This document shows positions 9,953-18,411 of a stretch of 43,273 nt of DNA, piece after piece. Both the position numbers and the translations under genes were made by a program. The stretch comes from an uncultured Planctomycetales bacterium (lineage in GTDB: Bacteria; Omnitrophota; Gorgyraeia; Gygaellales; Profunditerraquicolaceae): contig CAYWCX010000003.1 in NCBI GenBank assembly GCA_964456925.1, positions 1 through 43,273 on the forward strand. The letters are read 5' to 3'. Positions within the stretch are counted from its first letter, which is position 1; every line of letters starts with the position of its first letter. Below the pieces are notes generated by a model that was not told the origin of the DNA, did not search any database, and saw only the letters and a program-made list of their open reading frames with translations.

Positions 9953-10477
9953 ATGGCAATATCGCTGGAACTGATTAAGGAATTAAGAAGCATTACTGCG
10001 GCAAGTATCGCAAATTGCAAGAAGGCCCTGGAGGAGGCCGGCGGAGACATCCAGAAGGCGGTCGCGATTTTACGCAAGCGCGGCCTGGAGATAGTCGCCA
10101 ATAAACAGGGCAGGGCGACCGGGGAAGGCAGGATTGAGGCCTATGTCCACACCGGAAACAAGATCGGGGTTTTATTGGAGGTGAACTGTGAGACGGATTT
10201 TGTCTCCCGCAGCAGCGAATTCGCGCAGTTTACCAAGGACCTCGCGATGCAGATTGCCGCCTCCAGCCCCTCCTATATCAAGAGGGAGGACGTCCCCGCG
10301 GAAATTATCAAAAAAGAACACGATAAGGAATTATTCTATAAAAATAATTGCCTTCTGGAGCAGCCTTTTATTAAAGACACGAATATTACCGTCAAGGATT
10401 ACCTCGGCAGCATCATAGCGAAGTTTAATGAGAACATTACGGTGCGCCGGTTCCTGCGCTACAGGCTGGGAGAATGA
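9953..10477 (+). CDS. tsf: Elongation factor Ts, short form (174 aa)
   Basis: N-terminal UBA-like [39 protein letters not shown]. Canonical position after rpsB. Confidence 0.9.
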   Translation: MAISLELIKELRSITAASIANCKKALEEAGGDIQKAVAILRKRGLEIVANKQGRATGEGRIEAYVHTGNKIGVLLEVNCETDFVSRSSEFAQFTKDLAMQIAASSPSYIKREDVPAEIIKKEHDKELFYKNNCLLEQPFIKDTNITVKDYLGSIIAKFNENITVRRFLRYRLGE

Positions 10478-11199
10478 AACCCAAAGCGGCTTATAAGAGG
10501 ATAGTTCTGAAACTCAGCGGCGAGGCCCTGCAGGGAAAGAAGTCCCACGGCATAGACCAGGCGGTATTGTCGGTTCTTTCCCGGCAGATTAAAGAAATCC
10601 GGTTTCTGGGCGTGGATGTGGCGATTGTTCTGGGCGCGGGTAATATTCTGCGCGGACAGGAAAATATCGATTCCCAGGGGTTAAATCTGGACCGCTCCGT
10701 AGCGGATTATATGGGAATGCTGGCGACGGTAATAAACGGTCTGGCACTGCAGGATGCCCTGGAAAAGAACGGTATGCCTACCCGCGTGATGACCGCCATT
10801 GAGATGGAAAGGATTGCCGAGCCCTATATCCGCAGGCGCGCCATCCGCCACCTGGAAAAAGGCAGGATCCTGATATTTGTGGCAGGCACGGGCAACCCTT
10901 ATTTTACCACCGATACCGCTGCGGCGCTGCGGGCGATGGAGATTAATGCCGGCGCAATACTGAAGGCCACCAAGGTCGACGGTATCTATTCCGCCGACCC
11001 CTTTAAAGTGAAAAACGCCCGGAAGTTTAGCCGGGTAAAATACATCGATGTCGTGAAAAAGGGTTTAAAGGTCATGGATGCCACGGCGGTTACCTTGTGC
11101 ATGGATAAAAAAATTCCCATCATCGTTTTTAATATCAATAGAGAAGGCAATATCAAACGCGTGGTATTGGGGGAAAAGGTCGGGACGATCGTAAATTAG
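10474..11199 (+). CDS. pyrH: UMP kinase
   Basis: [13 protein letters not shown] and GAGNILRG motifs. ATGA start/stop overlap with tsf. Confidence 0.95.
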   Translation: MKPKAAYKRIVLKLSGEALQGKKSHGIDQAVLSVLSRQIKEIRFLGVDVAIVLGAGNILRGQENIDSQGLNLDRSVADYMGMLATVINGLALQDALEKNGMPTRVMTAIEMERIAEPYIRRRAIRHLEKGRILIFVAGTGNPYFTTDTAAALRAMEINAGAILKATKVDGIYSADPFKVKNARKFSRVKYIDVVKKGLKVMDATAVTLCMDKKIPIIVFNINREGNIKRVVLGEKVGTIVN

Positions 11200-11221
11200 A
11201 TTTTTTGGGGAGGGGACGCAG

Positions 11222-11782
11222 ATGACCGTTAAAGAAGTATTACATGGCAGCGAAGATAAGATGAAGAAGGCCGTGGAATCGGTGACGCGTGAATATTCCG
11301 AGGTCAGGACCGGCAGGGCCAGCCCCAGCCTCGTCGAGGGGTTGCACATCAATTATTACGGCACGATGACCCTGATAAAACAACTGGCCTCCATATCCGT
11401 TCCCGATACGCACCTCATCCTGATACAACCCTGGGATATAAGCGCTATCGCGGAGATCGAAAAAGCAATCATGAAGTCAAGCCTGGGGATTACTCCTTCT
11501 AATGACGGCAGGGTAATCCGGCTTTCAGTGCCGCCTCTGTCTCAGGAGAGGCGTCAGGAGCTGGTGAAGGTGGTGCATAAGATGGCGGAGGACGGCAGGA
11601 TTTCGCTGCGCACCATCAGAAGGGACACCAAGGAAACCCTGGAGAAATTAGAAAAAGACAAGGCCATCTCTGAGGACGATAAGTTCCGCAGCATCGACGA
11701 ATTGCAGAAATTAGTAGACCAGTACATCGCGAAGGTCGAAGAGCTTTTAAAAAATAAAGAAAAAGAGGTTCTGGAATTTTAG
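11222..11782 (+). CDS. frr: Ribosome recycling factor
   Basis: SEVRTGRASPSLVEGLHINYYG and the coiled-coil C-terminal half. Canonical rpsB-tsf-pyrH-frr order. Confidence 0.95.
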   Translation: MTVKEVLHGSEDKMKKAVESVTREYSEVRTGRASPSLVEGLHINYYGTMTLIKQLASISVPDTHLILIQPWDISAIAEIEKAIMKSSLGITPSNDGRVIRLSVPPLSQERRQELVKVVHKMAEDGRISLRTIRRDTKETLEKLEKDKAISEDDKFRSIDELQKLVDQYIAKVEELLKNKEKEVLEF

Positions 11783-11792
11783 TGTAATTTTC

Positions 11793-11865
11793 GGGCCACT
11801 AGCTCATCTGGTAGAGCACCACCCTTTTAAGGTGGGTGTGCCGCGTTCGAGTCGCGGGTGGCTCA
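11793..11865 (+). tRNA. tRNA-Lys (anticodon UUU); CCA not encoded
   Basis: Hand-folded cloverleaf. Acceptor GGGCCAC/GTGGCTC (one G-U pair). D stem GCTC/GAGC. Anticodon stem CCACC/GGTGG with loop CTTTTAA. T stem CCGCG/CGCGG with loop TTCGAGT. Discriminator A. Confidence 0.92.
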
Positions 11866-12002
11866 CGAATTGTCTCCGCGAGGAGAACGCCAAGGGGGCT
11901 GCGGGGGAAAAATTCCCCCGCGCTTTCGGGGTGACAGCGACCCGCCGCAGGCGGGGAGCGCCAGAGGGGCGGGAAGCCCCTATGGCGAGCGCGGATGCGC
12001 GA

Positions 12003-12027
12003 CGCGTTCGAGTCGCGGGTGGCTCAC
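12003..12027 (+). repeat. 25-nt exact direct copy of the tRNA-Lys 3' end (T-arm 3' part plus acceptor 3' strand; original at 11842-11866)
   Basis: CGCGTTCGAGTCGCGGGTGGCTCAC occurs at 11842-11866 and again at 12003-12027. No matching 5' acceptor, D arm or anticodon arm precedes the second copy. Confidence 0.9.
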
Positions 12028-12079
12028 TATTTTTCTCATGCACGTTCCCAAATCCGCAGGTTATTTTAAAGTAAATGAC

Positions 12080-12161
12080 GCGGACGTGGCGGAACTGGTA
12101 TACGCGTATGGCTTAGGACCATATGGGGTAACCCTTGGGGGTCCAAATCCCTCCGTCCGCA
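12080..12161 (+). tRNA. tRNA-Leu (anticodon UAG), type II with a long variable arm and an atypical T-loop
   Basis: Acceptor GCGGACG/CGTCCGC. Anticodon stem TATGG/CCATA with loop CTTAGGA. Variable arm TGGGGTAACCCTT. T stem GGGGG/CCCTC with loop TCCAAAT, which has C where the near-universal U55 is expected. Confidence 0.8.
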
Positions 12162-12197
12162 ATTAAGTTAAAACTAAGACGGCTAGCGATTGTTACA

Positions 12198-12707
12198 ATG
12201 AAAGAGCAAATCTCAATAATGAATCATGCGCGGATACTAAAAAGGCGCCGCAGAGATTTATCTGTAAAAAATTCGGCTAGCGAATTATTTGAGAAATATA
12301 AAAACAATCCCTTATTTCTTTCCGGGGTCGTGCTTTACTGGGCTGAAGGGACCCGTCTTAACAAAAACTATAGGAGATATCAATTAGCTTTTACTAATTC
12401 TGATTCAAAGCTACTGAGTTTTTATTCTAAGTTTTTACAAAGATATTTTAGAGATATAGACAGTAAAGATTGGCGCATAGGATTATTTTTATATCCCGAC
12501 ATAGATAGTAGGCAAGCTATTTCGTATTGGTCGCATATTTTAAGGGTTCCGCGGGAGCAGTTTATTAAGCCTCAAATATTAACAGGCCAAAATATACAGA
12601 ATAAAAAGTTAAAATTTGGAACCTGTTGTCTATATATCAATAGCAAAGACGCCTGCCTGAGAATGCAGACGTGGATAGATGCTATCGGCAGTCAGACGCG
12701 GCGGTAA
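12198..12707 (+). CDS. AT-rich hypothetical protein; putative single-motif LAGLIDADG-type homing-endonuclease-like protein
   Basis: The ORF fills the tRNA-Leu/tRNA-Gly spacer. GVVLYWAEGT resembles the LAGLIDADG variant (xGLYLAEG), and QLAFTNSDSKLLSFYSKFLQRYF and FGTCCLYINS resemble the following beta-strand and helix pattern of that fold. The region is visibly lower in GC than its neighbours. The start is uncertain (ATG 12198 or 12219, no clear SD). The stop TAA 12705-12707 lies inside tRNA-Gly. Confidence 0.6.
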   Translation: MKEQISIMNHARILKRRRRDLSVKNSASELFEKYKNNPLFLSGVVLYWAEGTRLNKNYRRYQLAFTNSDSKLLSFYSKFLQRYFRDIDSKDWRIGLFLYPDIDSRQAISYWSHILRVPREQFIKPQILTGQNIQNKKLKFGTCCLYINSKDACLRMQTWIDAIGSQTRR

Positions 12708-12772
12708 TTCAGCGGTAGAATGCCTGCTTGCCAAGCAGGATGTCACGGGTTCAAGTCCCGTCCGCCGCTCCA
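12698..12772 (+). tRNA. tRNA-Gly (anticodon GCC); CCA encoded
   Basis: Acceptor GCGGCGG/CCGCCGC. D stem ATTC/GAAT. Anticodon stem CCTGC/GCAGG with loop TTGCCAA. T stem ACGGG/CCCGT with loop TTCAAGT. Discriminator T followed by CCA. Confidence 0.93.
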
Positions 12773-12832
12773 GTTTAAAAGGGAACACCGTAGAACAGCA
12801 AACAATCGGAAACAGAAAAGGAGACAACATCT

Positions 12833-13303
12833 ATGAAAATCACGGATTTTTTGTCAGCCAGGGCAATCGTCACTGATTTAAAGTCCAGCGATAAGGAAGG
12901 CGTCATGAGAGAATTAGTCGACGCGCTTATCGCAGCGGGCGAAGTGGAAAAAGATAAACGTCCCAAACTTATTGACGCCTTAATGAACAGGGAATCCCTG
13001 GGTTCTACTGCCATCGGCCAGGGCGTCGCCATACCGCACGCCAAATTCGAATACGTCAAAAGGCTGGTGGCGGCATTCGGGCTTTCCAAGAAAGGCGTGG
13101 ATTTCGATTCCCTGGACGGCGAAATGGTTTATATATTCTTTTTGCTGTTAGCCCCCCAGGATTCTGCCGGTCCGCATCTTAAGGCCCTGGCGCGCATCTC
13201 GCGGCTTTTAAAGGATAAATATTTCCGCGATAATCTTAAGGCTTGCGGCGATGCCGCTGCGGTTATTAAGATAATCAGCCAGGAGGATGAAAAGAAGATC
13301 TGA
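12833..13303 (+). CDS. ptsN: PTS EIIA-Ntr type protein (PtsN-like)
   Basis: AAGGAG RBS. ITDFLSARAIVTDLKSSDKEGVMRELV and RESLGSTAIGQGVAIPHAK contain the phosphorylatable His of the EIIA(Fru/Ntr) family. Confidence 0.88.
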   Translation: MKITDFLSARAIVTDLKSSDKEGVMRELVDALIAAGEVEKDKRPKLIDALMNRESLGSTAIGQGVAIPHAKFEYVKRLVAAFGLSKKGVDFDSLDGEMVYIFFLLLAPQDSAGPHLKALARISRLLKDKYFRDNLKACGDAAAVIKIISQEDEKKI

Positions 13304-14552
13304 TATGAAGGCTACCTTACCGCGCTTCAAAGGTCTTTTTAAATGGTTTTATCCCGGGATGGGGATAAAGCGCTGGATAGGTCTGGGCAGTTTCGGGGTT
13401 ATCCTTATTGTGATCGGCTCCAGCAACCTGCATACCGGGGAATACTGGGTAGTGCGCGCTCTTTATGCGGTAGTATTGACCTGCGGTATCATTATTCTGA
13501 TACTCGCGATAAAAAACCTGATGCGTTCTCTGGTCGCGGTCTTCATGCCTTCGCGCGATGCACAGTTGGTCGATATCCTTTATCAAAGAAGGCAGCTGGG
13601 CCGGGGCCCCAAAGTTGTGGTAGTGGGCGGCGGCACGGGTTTATCCGTGCTTCTGACGGGGCTCAAGGAGTATTCCTCGAATATCAGCGCAATCGTAACG
13701 GTTGCCGATGACGGCGGTTCTTCGGGACGCTTGAGGGAGCAATTCGATATTTTGCCTCCCGGCGACATCCGTAACTGCCTGGTGGCACTCGCGGACGCCC
13801 CGACTTTGATGCGCGACCTGTTTCAATTCCGTTTCGGCGAGGGCTCAGACATGGCGGGCCATAATTTCGGCAACCTTTTTATCACCGTGATGACGCAGCT
13901 GACCGGTGATTTTGAAAAGGCCATCCGCGAGACAAGCAAGGTCCTCGCGCTTAAAGGACAGGTAATACCTTCGACTCTGGATAATGTAGTCCTGGCGGCG
14001 CGCCACGCGGACGGCACGGTTACCGAAGGCGAAAACCAGATCCCCCGCACGCGCAAAGTTATTGAGAAGCTGATGCTGAAGCCCGGTTATCCGGCGGCTA
14101 ATCCCGAGGCGATCAGGGCGATTGGAGAGGCGCAGGTTGTTATCTTCGGGCCGGGTTCGCTTTATACCAGCATCCTGCCCAACCTTTTAATCAAGGATAT
14201 CACCGAGGCGATCGTAGCCTCGGCGGCGATTAAGATATACGTATGTAATATCATGACCCAGCCCGGCGAGACCGAGGGCTATAAGGTGTCTGACCACATC
14301 GGCACCTTTGTCAACCATACGCACCAGCGCATATTTGAATATTGTATCGTGAACAACGGGCCTATCCCGCGCGAGATCCTGCAGCGTTACGAACAGGAAG
14401 GGTCTTACCCCGTGATAAGCGATATAGATAATATTAAAAAGATGGGTTACCGCGCGCTTGAAGATAACATTGTTATGACCGAAAACAATCTGGTGAGGCA
14501 TGACCCGGCAAGACTTGCCAGGATCATTTTCGGTCTTATTGAGGAGGCCTAG
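13287..14552 (+). CDS. yvcK: YvcK / CofD-like gluconeogenesis (cell-shape) factor with an N-terminal membrane extension
   Basis: VVVVGGGTGLSVLLTGLK and VTVADDGGSSGRLR are YvcK hallmark motifs. About 95 N-terminal residues hold two hydrophobic segments. The start is uncertain (ATG 13287 or 13305). Confidence 0.85.
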   Translation: MKRRSDMKATLPRFKGLFKWFYPGMGIKRWIGLGSFGVILIVIGSSNLHTGEYWVVRALYAVVLTCGIIILILAIKNLMRSLVAVFMPSRDAQLVDILYQRRQLGRGPKVVVVGGGTGLSVLLTGLKEYSSNISAIVTVADDGGSSGRLREQFDILPPGDIRNCLVALADAPTLMRDLFQFRFGEGSDMAGHNFGNLFITVMTQLTGDFEKAIRETSKVLALKGQVIPSTLDNVVLAARHADGTVTEGENQIPRTRKVIEKLMLKPGYPAANPEAIRAIGEAQVVIFGPGSLYTSILPNLLIKDITEAIVASAAIKIYVCNIMTQPGETEGYKVSDHIGTFVNHTHQRIFEYCIVNNGPIPREILQRYEQEGSYPVISDIDNIKKMGYRALEDNIVMTENNLVRHDPARLARIIFGLIEEA

Positions 14553-14558
14553 CTTACC

Positions 14559-14822
14559 ATGGCCCTGGTTAAGAAGAAGTTGACCGTCAATAATAAGCAG
14601 GGATTGCACGCCCGCCCCGCAGCGCTTTTCGTGCAGATAGCCAATAAGTTTGATTCGAAGGTTACCGTCAGGCGCGGCAGGGAAGAGGTGAACGGTAAAT
14701 CCATTATGGGGATTTTAATGCTCGGTGCGGAAAAGGGTGCGCATATTATGCTTGAGATCGAAGGTAACGACGCGGAATCGGCGGTGGTGGAGTTGGAAAA
14801 GATTTTAAACGGCGAGGAGTAA
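14559..14822 (+). CDS. ptsH: Phosphocarrier protein HPr
   Basis: NKQGLHARPAALFV (His15 site) and NGKSIMGILML (Ser46 region). Length 87 aa. Confidence 0.93.
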   Translation: MALVKKKLTVNNKQGLHARPAALFVQIANKFDSKVTVRRGREEVNGKSIMGILMLGAEKGAHIMLEIEGNDAESAVVELEKILNGEE

Positions 14823-14830
14823 AATAGACG

Positions 14831-16567
14831 ATGATAAAACTCAAAGGTATAGCCGCGGCCGGCGGAATCGCTATCGGCAAGGCCTTCAGGGTCGGCAAGG
14901 AAGAGTTTAATATCGAGAAGCAGCCGATAGCCGAAAGCGAGATACCGCTGCAGATACAGCTTTTTGAGGAAGCGCTCATTCAGACGCGCCGGGAGATCCT
15001 CGACCTGCAGAAAAGGATTGCCGGCGACCTCGGCCAGGAGGAGGCGGAAATCTTTGAGGCGCACCTTTTGGTCCTCGAAGACCGTGTGCTTATCGAAGAG
15101 GTCATTTCGCGCCTGAAAAAGGAACGGCTATGCGTCGCCTATATCTTTTCGCAGGTTCTCAAAAAATATGTGGATGTTTTTTCCAGGATCGAAGACGAAT
15201 ACCTTAAGGAGCGCATCTCGGATGTAAACGATGTGGGTAAAAGGGTCTTGCGCAATCTCTTGGGTAAGAAGAAAACCATCCTTGAGGATTTAAAGGAAAA
15301 GGTAGTCGTTGTGGCGCACGATCTGTCCCCTTCGGATACCGCTGCCATGCATAAGCGCAATGTTTCGGCATTTGTCACCGATATCGGCGGCAAGACCTCC
15401 CACACCGCGATTATGGCGAAATCCTTAGAGATACCCGCGGTAGTCGGTACCGAAGAGGCGACTGTTAAGATTAAGAGCGGCGATACCCTGATCGTAGACG
15501 GCAGCATGGGCGTTATCATCGTTGACCCCGACCAGGAAACCCTCGATACCTATGCCCAAGAACTGGAGAAATTAAAGGGGGTATCGGCGAGGTTCTGGGC
15601 GGTCAAGGACCTGCCGGCGGTTACGCAGGACGGCAAAAAAATAGAGATCTCCGCTAATATCGAGTTGCCCGATGAGGTGCCGGCAGTGCGCCTGCACGGC
15701 GGCCAGGGGATCGGACTGTACCGCACCGAGTATTTCTATATGAACCGCAAGGACCTGCCTACCGAGGAGGAGCATTACCAGGCCTATAAGTATGTTGCCG
15801 AAGAGATGAAGCCGTATCCGGTAATTATCCGTACCCTGGATTTGGGAGGGGACAAGTTCCTGTCACAGTTTGAGATACCGCGGGAGATGCAGCCTTTCCT
15901 GGGTTGGCGCGCCATCCGTTTCTGCCTGGCGCGGCCGGATGTCTTTAAACTGCAGCTGCGTGCGATATTAAAGGCGTCGGTGCACGGAAAATTGAAACTG
16001 ATGTACCCGATGATTTCGGGTATTGACGAATTGAAACAGGCCAATGTCATCCTGAAGGAAGCCAAAGATGAGTTAAAAAAGAAGGGCGTACCTTTTGACG
16101 ATAATATTGAAGTGGGGGCGATGATTGAAGTCCCTTCGGCAGCGATGACCGCGGATCTCTTGGCCCGCGAAGCGAATTTCTTCAGCATCGGCACCAACGA
16201 CCTCATCCAGTATTCCCTGGCGGTAGACCGCACCAACGAAAAGGTCGCTTACCTGTATGATCCGGCGCACCCCGCAGTCTTAAGGATGATCAAGAATGTT
16301 ATTGATGCCGCGCATAAGGCCGGTGTCTGGGTAGGGATGTGCGGCGAAATGGCGGGCGAGCCGGCATTCGCCCTGATACTTCTGGGCTTAGGCCTCGATG
16401 AATTCAGTGTCCCGCCGCTGCTTATCCCGGAAATAAAATACGTCATCCGTTCCATCAGCGTTAAGGATGCCCAGCGTATCGCCCACAAGGCTATGACGCT
16501 CTCTACCGGCAAGGAAGTAGAAGAATTCAGCCAGGCGAAACTCATAGAGATACTGGCTTCAAAATAA
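14831..16567 (+). CDS. ptsI: Phosphoenolpyruvate-protein phosphotransferase (PTS Enzyme I)
   Basis: GGKTSHTAIMAKSLEIPAVVG (active-site His region), GLYRTEYFYM and SIGTNDLIQY motifs. Length 578 aa. Confidence 0.95.
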   Translation: MIKLKGIAAAGGIAIGKAFRVGKEEFNIEKQPIAESEIPLQIQLFEEALIQTRREILDLQKRIAGDLGQEEAEIFEAHLLVLEDRVLIEEVISRLKKERLCVAYIFSQVLKKYVDVFSRIEDEYLKERISDVNDVGKRVLRNLLGKKKTILEDLKEKVVVVAHDLSPSDTAAMHKRNVSAFVTDIGGKTSHTAIMAKSLEIPAVVGTEEATVKIKSGDTLIVDGSMGVIIVDPDQETLDTYAQELEKLKGVSARFWAVKDLPAVTQDGKKIEISANIELPDEVPAVRLHGGQGIGLYRTEYFYMNRKDLPTEEEHYQAYKYVAEEMKPYPVIIRTLDLGGDKFLSQFEIPREMQPFLGWRAIRFCLARPDVFKLQLRAILKASVHGKLKLMYPMISGIDELKQANVILKEAKDELKKKGVPFDDNIEVGAMIEVPSAAMTADLLAREANFFSIGTNDLIQYSLAVDRTNEKVAYLYDPAHPAVLRMIKNVIDAAHKAGVWVGMCGEMAGEPAFALILLGLGLDEFSVPPLLIPEIKYVIRSISVKDAQRIAHKAMTLSTGKEVEEFSQAKLIEILASK

Positions 16568-16584
16568 TCATAAAGAGGAAGGTC

Positions 16585-17646
16585 ATGAAAAATTTAAGCA
16601 CCGCCATAAAAAAGCTTGATAAGTCCGATATGCTGGGCCTGTTGCTGGATTTTCCCCTGCAATGCCGCGCTGCCCAGGATTTGGCAGCCAAGGCGAACAT
16701 ACTTTTTGCGCAAAGAGATTTTCGCAAGATTGTCTTTGCTGGGCTGGGCGGTTCGGCAATCGGGGCGGATTTAGTGCGCTCCTATCTTTACTTCGAAAGT
16801 AAACTCCCGATACAGGTGGTGCGCGAATATGACCTGCCCGCTTATGTAGATAGCTCAACCCTGGTTTTTATCGTGAGTTATTCCGGCAATACCGAGGAGA
16901 CCTTAAGCGCTTACCATCAGGCCAGAGAGAAGCGCGCCAGCATCATCGCGGTATCTTGCGGCGGCGCCCTAAGGGACAATTGCCGGCGGGATAACGTTAC
17001 CTTTATTGAGATACCCGCAGGCCTGCCTCCGCGCTGTTCCCTGGGGTATTTAAGCATTATACCTTTATGCGTATTGGCGCGGCTGGGTTTAAGCAAAGAT
17101 GTTGCGGTCTCCATCGATAGGACCATAACAGTGCTGGAAGATTTGAAGCGCAACAAGCTTAATCCCGCGATTGGCCTGCGCGACAACGTCGCTAAATATG
17201 TAGCACGCAAACTTTTCAATAAGTTTGCGGTTATCTATTCCGGTTCAATACACTTTGATGTCGTAGCCACGCGTTTCCGCGGCCAGCTCAACGAAAATTC
17301 CAAGTCCCTGGCATCTACCCACGTCTTTCCGGAGATGAACCATAACGAGATTATGGGCTGGGAGCATCCGCAAAAACTGTTCAGGAATTTTCTGGTTATC
17401 ATGCTTCGGGACCGCGGCCTGCACCCGCGGGTTAACCGGAGGATGGATATTACCAGAGAGATTCTCTCAAAAGAGGGCGTCAATGTCGTCGAAATTTATT
17501 CGCAGGGCGAGGGCCTTTTAGCGCGGATGTTCTCGCTCATCTATATCGGAGATTTTGTTTCGCTGTATCTGGCGGTCCTTTACGGGATAGACCCTACTCC
17601 GGTAGAGCGGGTTACTTATTTAAAGAAAAAATTAGCCGAAAGCTAA
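16585..17646 (+). CDS. Bifunctional phosphoglucose/phosphomannose isomerase (SIS domain, PGI/PMI family)
   Basis: GLGGSAIGADL and VSYSGNTEET SIS motifs. The ~350-aa size is typical of the archaeal/bacterial PGI/PMI family. Confidence 0.8.
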   Translation: MKNLSTAIKKLDKSDMLGLLLDFPLQCRAAQDLAAKANILFAQRDFRKIVFAGLGGSAIGADLVRSYLYFESKLPIQVVREYDLPAYVDSSTLVFIVSYSGNTEETLSAYHQAREKRASIIAVSCGGALRDNCRRDNVTFIEIPAGLPPRCSLGYLSIIPLCVLARLGLSKDVAVSIDRTITVLEDLKRNKLNPAIGLRDNVAKYVARKLFNKFAVIYSGSIHFDVVATRFRGQLNENSKSLASTHVFPEMNHNEIMGWEHPQKLFRNFLVIMLRDRGLHPRVNRRMDITREILSKEGVNVVEIYSQGEGLLARMFSLIYIGDFVSLYLAVLYGIDPTPVERVTYLKKKLAES

Positions 17647-17655
17647 AAATAATAG

Positions 17656-18411
17656 ATGAAGGCGCTTATCCTGGCCGCGGGCTATGCTACGCGTTTGTAC
17701 CCTTTAACCAAAGAATATCCCAAGCCGCTCCTTGAGGTTGCCGGCCGGCCGCTCATTGATTACATCCTGGATAAACTCGACAGCATAAATGAGGTTGACG
17801 AAATTATCGTTATCGCCAACAGCAAGTTCGCCGGGAAGTTTAAGAAATGGTCAAAATCGGTAATCTGCAGCAAGCGTATCAGTATTATCGATGACCTGAC
17901 CAGGAGCAATGCCGACCGCCGCGGCGCAATCGGCGATATGTATTTCGCGGTCAATAAAAAACGCCTGAAGAGCGACCTTCTGGTCGTCGGTGGGGATAAT
18001 CTTTTTGACGGAGATTTAAGGGAGTTTGTATCTTTTGCCAGGGATAGCCAACCTTATCCGGCAATCGGTGTCTACGATATCAGGAGCAGGTCGCAGGCGG
18101 TTAAATACGGGGTAGTAAAACTGGATGCCAAAAACAGGATTGCCGATTTTAAAGAGAAGCCGCGCAAGCTGCAGTCAAGCCTGGTGGCGATGTGTCTCTA
18201 CTATTTTCCCCGCCAGAAGCTGGGGCTGATAAAAGAATACCTTAAGTCAAAGGGCAATAAAAAGGATGCTACGGGATTTTATATCGACTGGCTGCGCCGC
18301 AAAAGCAAGGTATACGGTTTTATATTCCGCGGCCGCTGGTACGACATCGGCCAATATAGATTTTATAAAGAGGCGAACAAATATTTTTTAAAGGAAGGGG
18401 AGTCTTTATGA
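17656..18411 (+). CDS. Sugar-phosphate nucleotidyltransferase (NTP_transferase family)
   Basis: N-terminal [26 protein letters not shown], the G-x-G-T-R-L pyrophosphorylase signature. Confidence 0.85.
   Translation: MKALILAAGYATRLYPLTKEYPKPLLEVAGRPLIDYILDKLDSINEVDEIIVIANSKFAGKFKKWSKSVICSKRISIIDDLTRSNADRRGAIGDMYFAVNKKRLKSDLLVVGGDNLFDGDLREFVSFARDSQPYPAIGVYDIRSRSQAVKYGVVKLDAKNRIADFKEKPRKLQSSLVAMCLYYFPRQKLGLIKEYLKSKGNKKDATGFYIDWLRRKSKVYGFIFRGRWYDIGQYRFYKEANKYFLKEGESL

Noticed and set aside
11842-12027. Group I or group II intron, or a second tRNA-Lys gene, explaining the duplicated tRNA 3' end
   Set aside because: The 136-161 nt insert is too small for known self-splicing introns and lies at the T-arm rather than the anticodon loop. 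The second copy lacks the 5' acceptor strand, D arm and anticodon arm.
11804-12166. Three ORFs (79-102 aa, both strands) across the tRNA-Lys / GC-rich insert / tRNA-Leu region
   Set aside because: They overlap well-folded tRNA genes and have Arg/Gly/Ala-rich translations typical of random GC-rich sequence.
12135-12197. Upstream extension of the LAGLIDADG-like ORF to 12135
   Set aside because: The extension overlaps the 3' part of tRNA-Leu. The first in-frame ATG outside the tRNA is 12198.
14549-15064. 171-aa minus-strand ORF antisense to ptsH/ptsI, with similar long antisense ORFs at 2194-2625, 8378-8827, 9479-9895, 15784-16236, 20885-21361 and 23857-24375
   Set aside because: All lie fully inside confidently identified sense genes, lack start signals and have skewed compositions. 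They are typical shadow ORFs.
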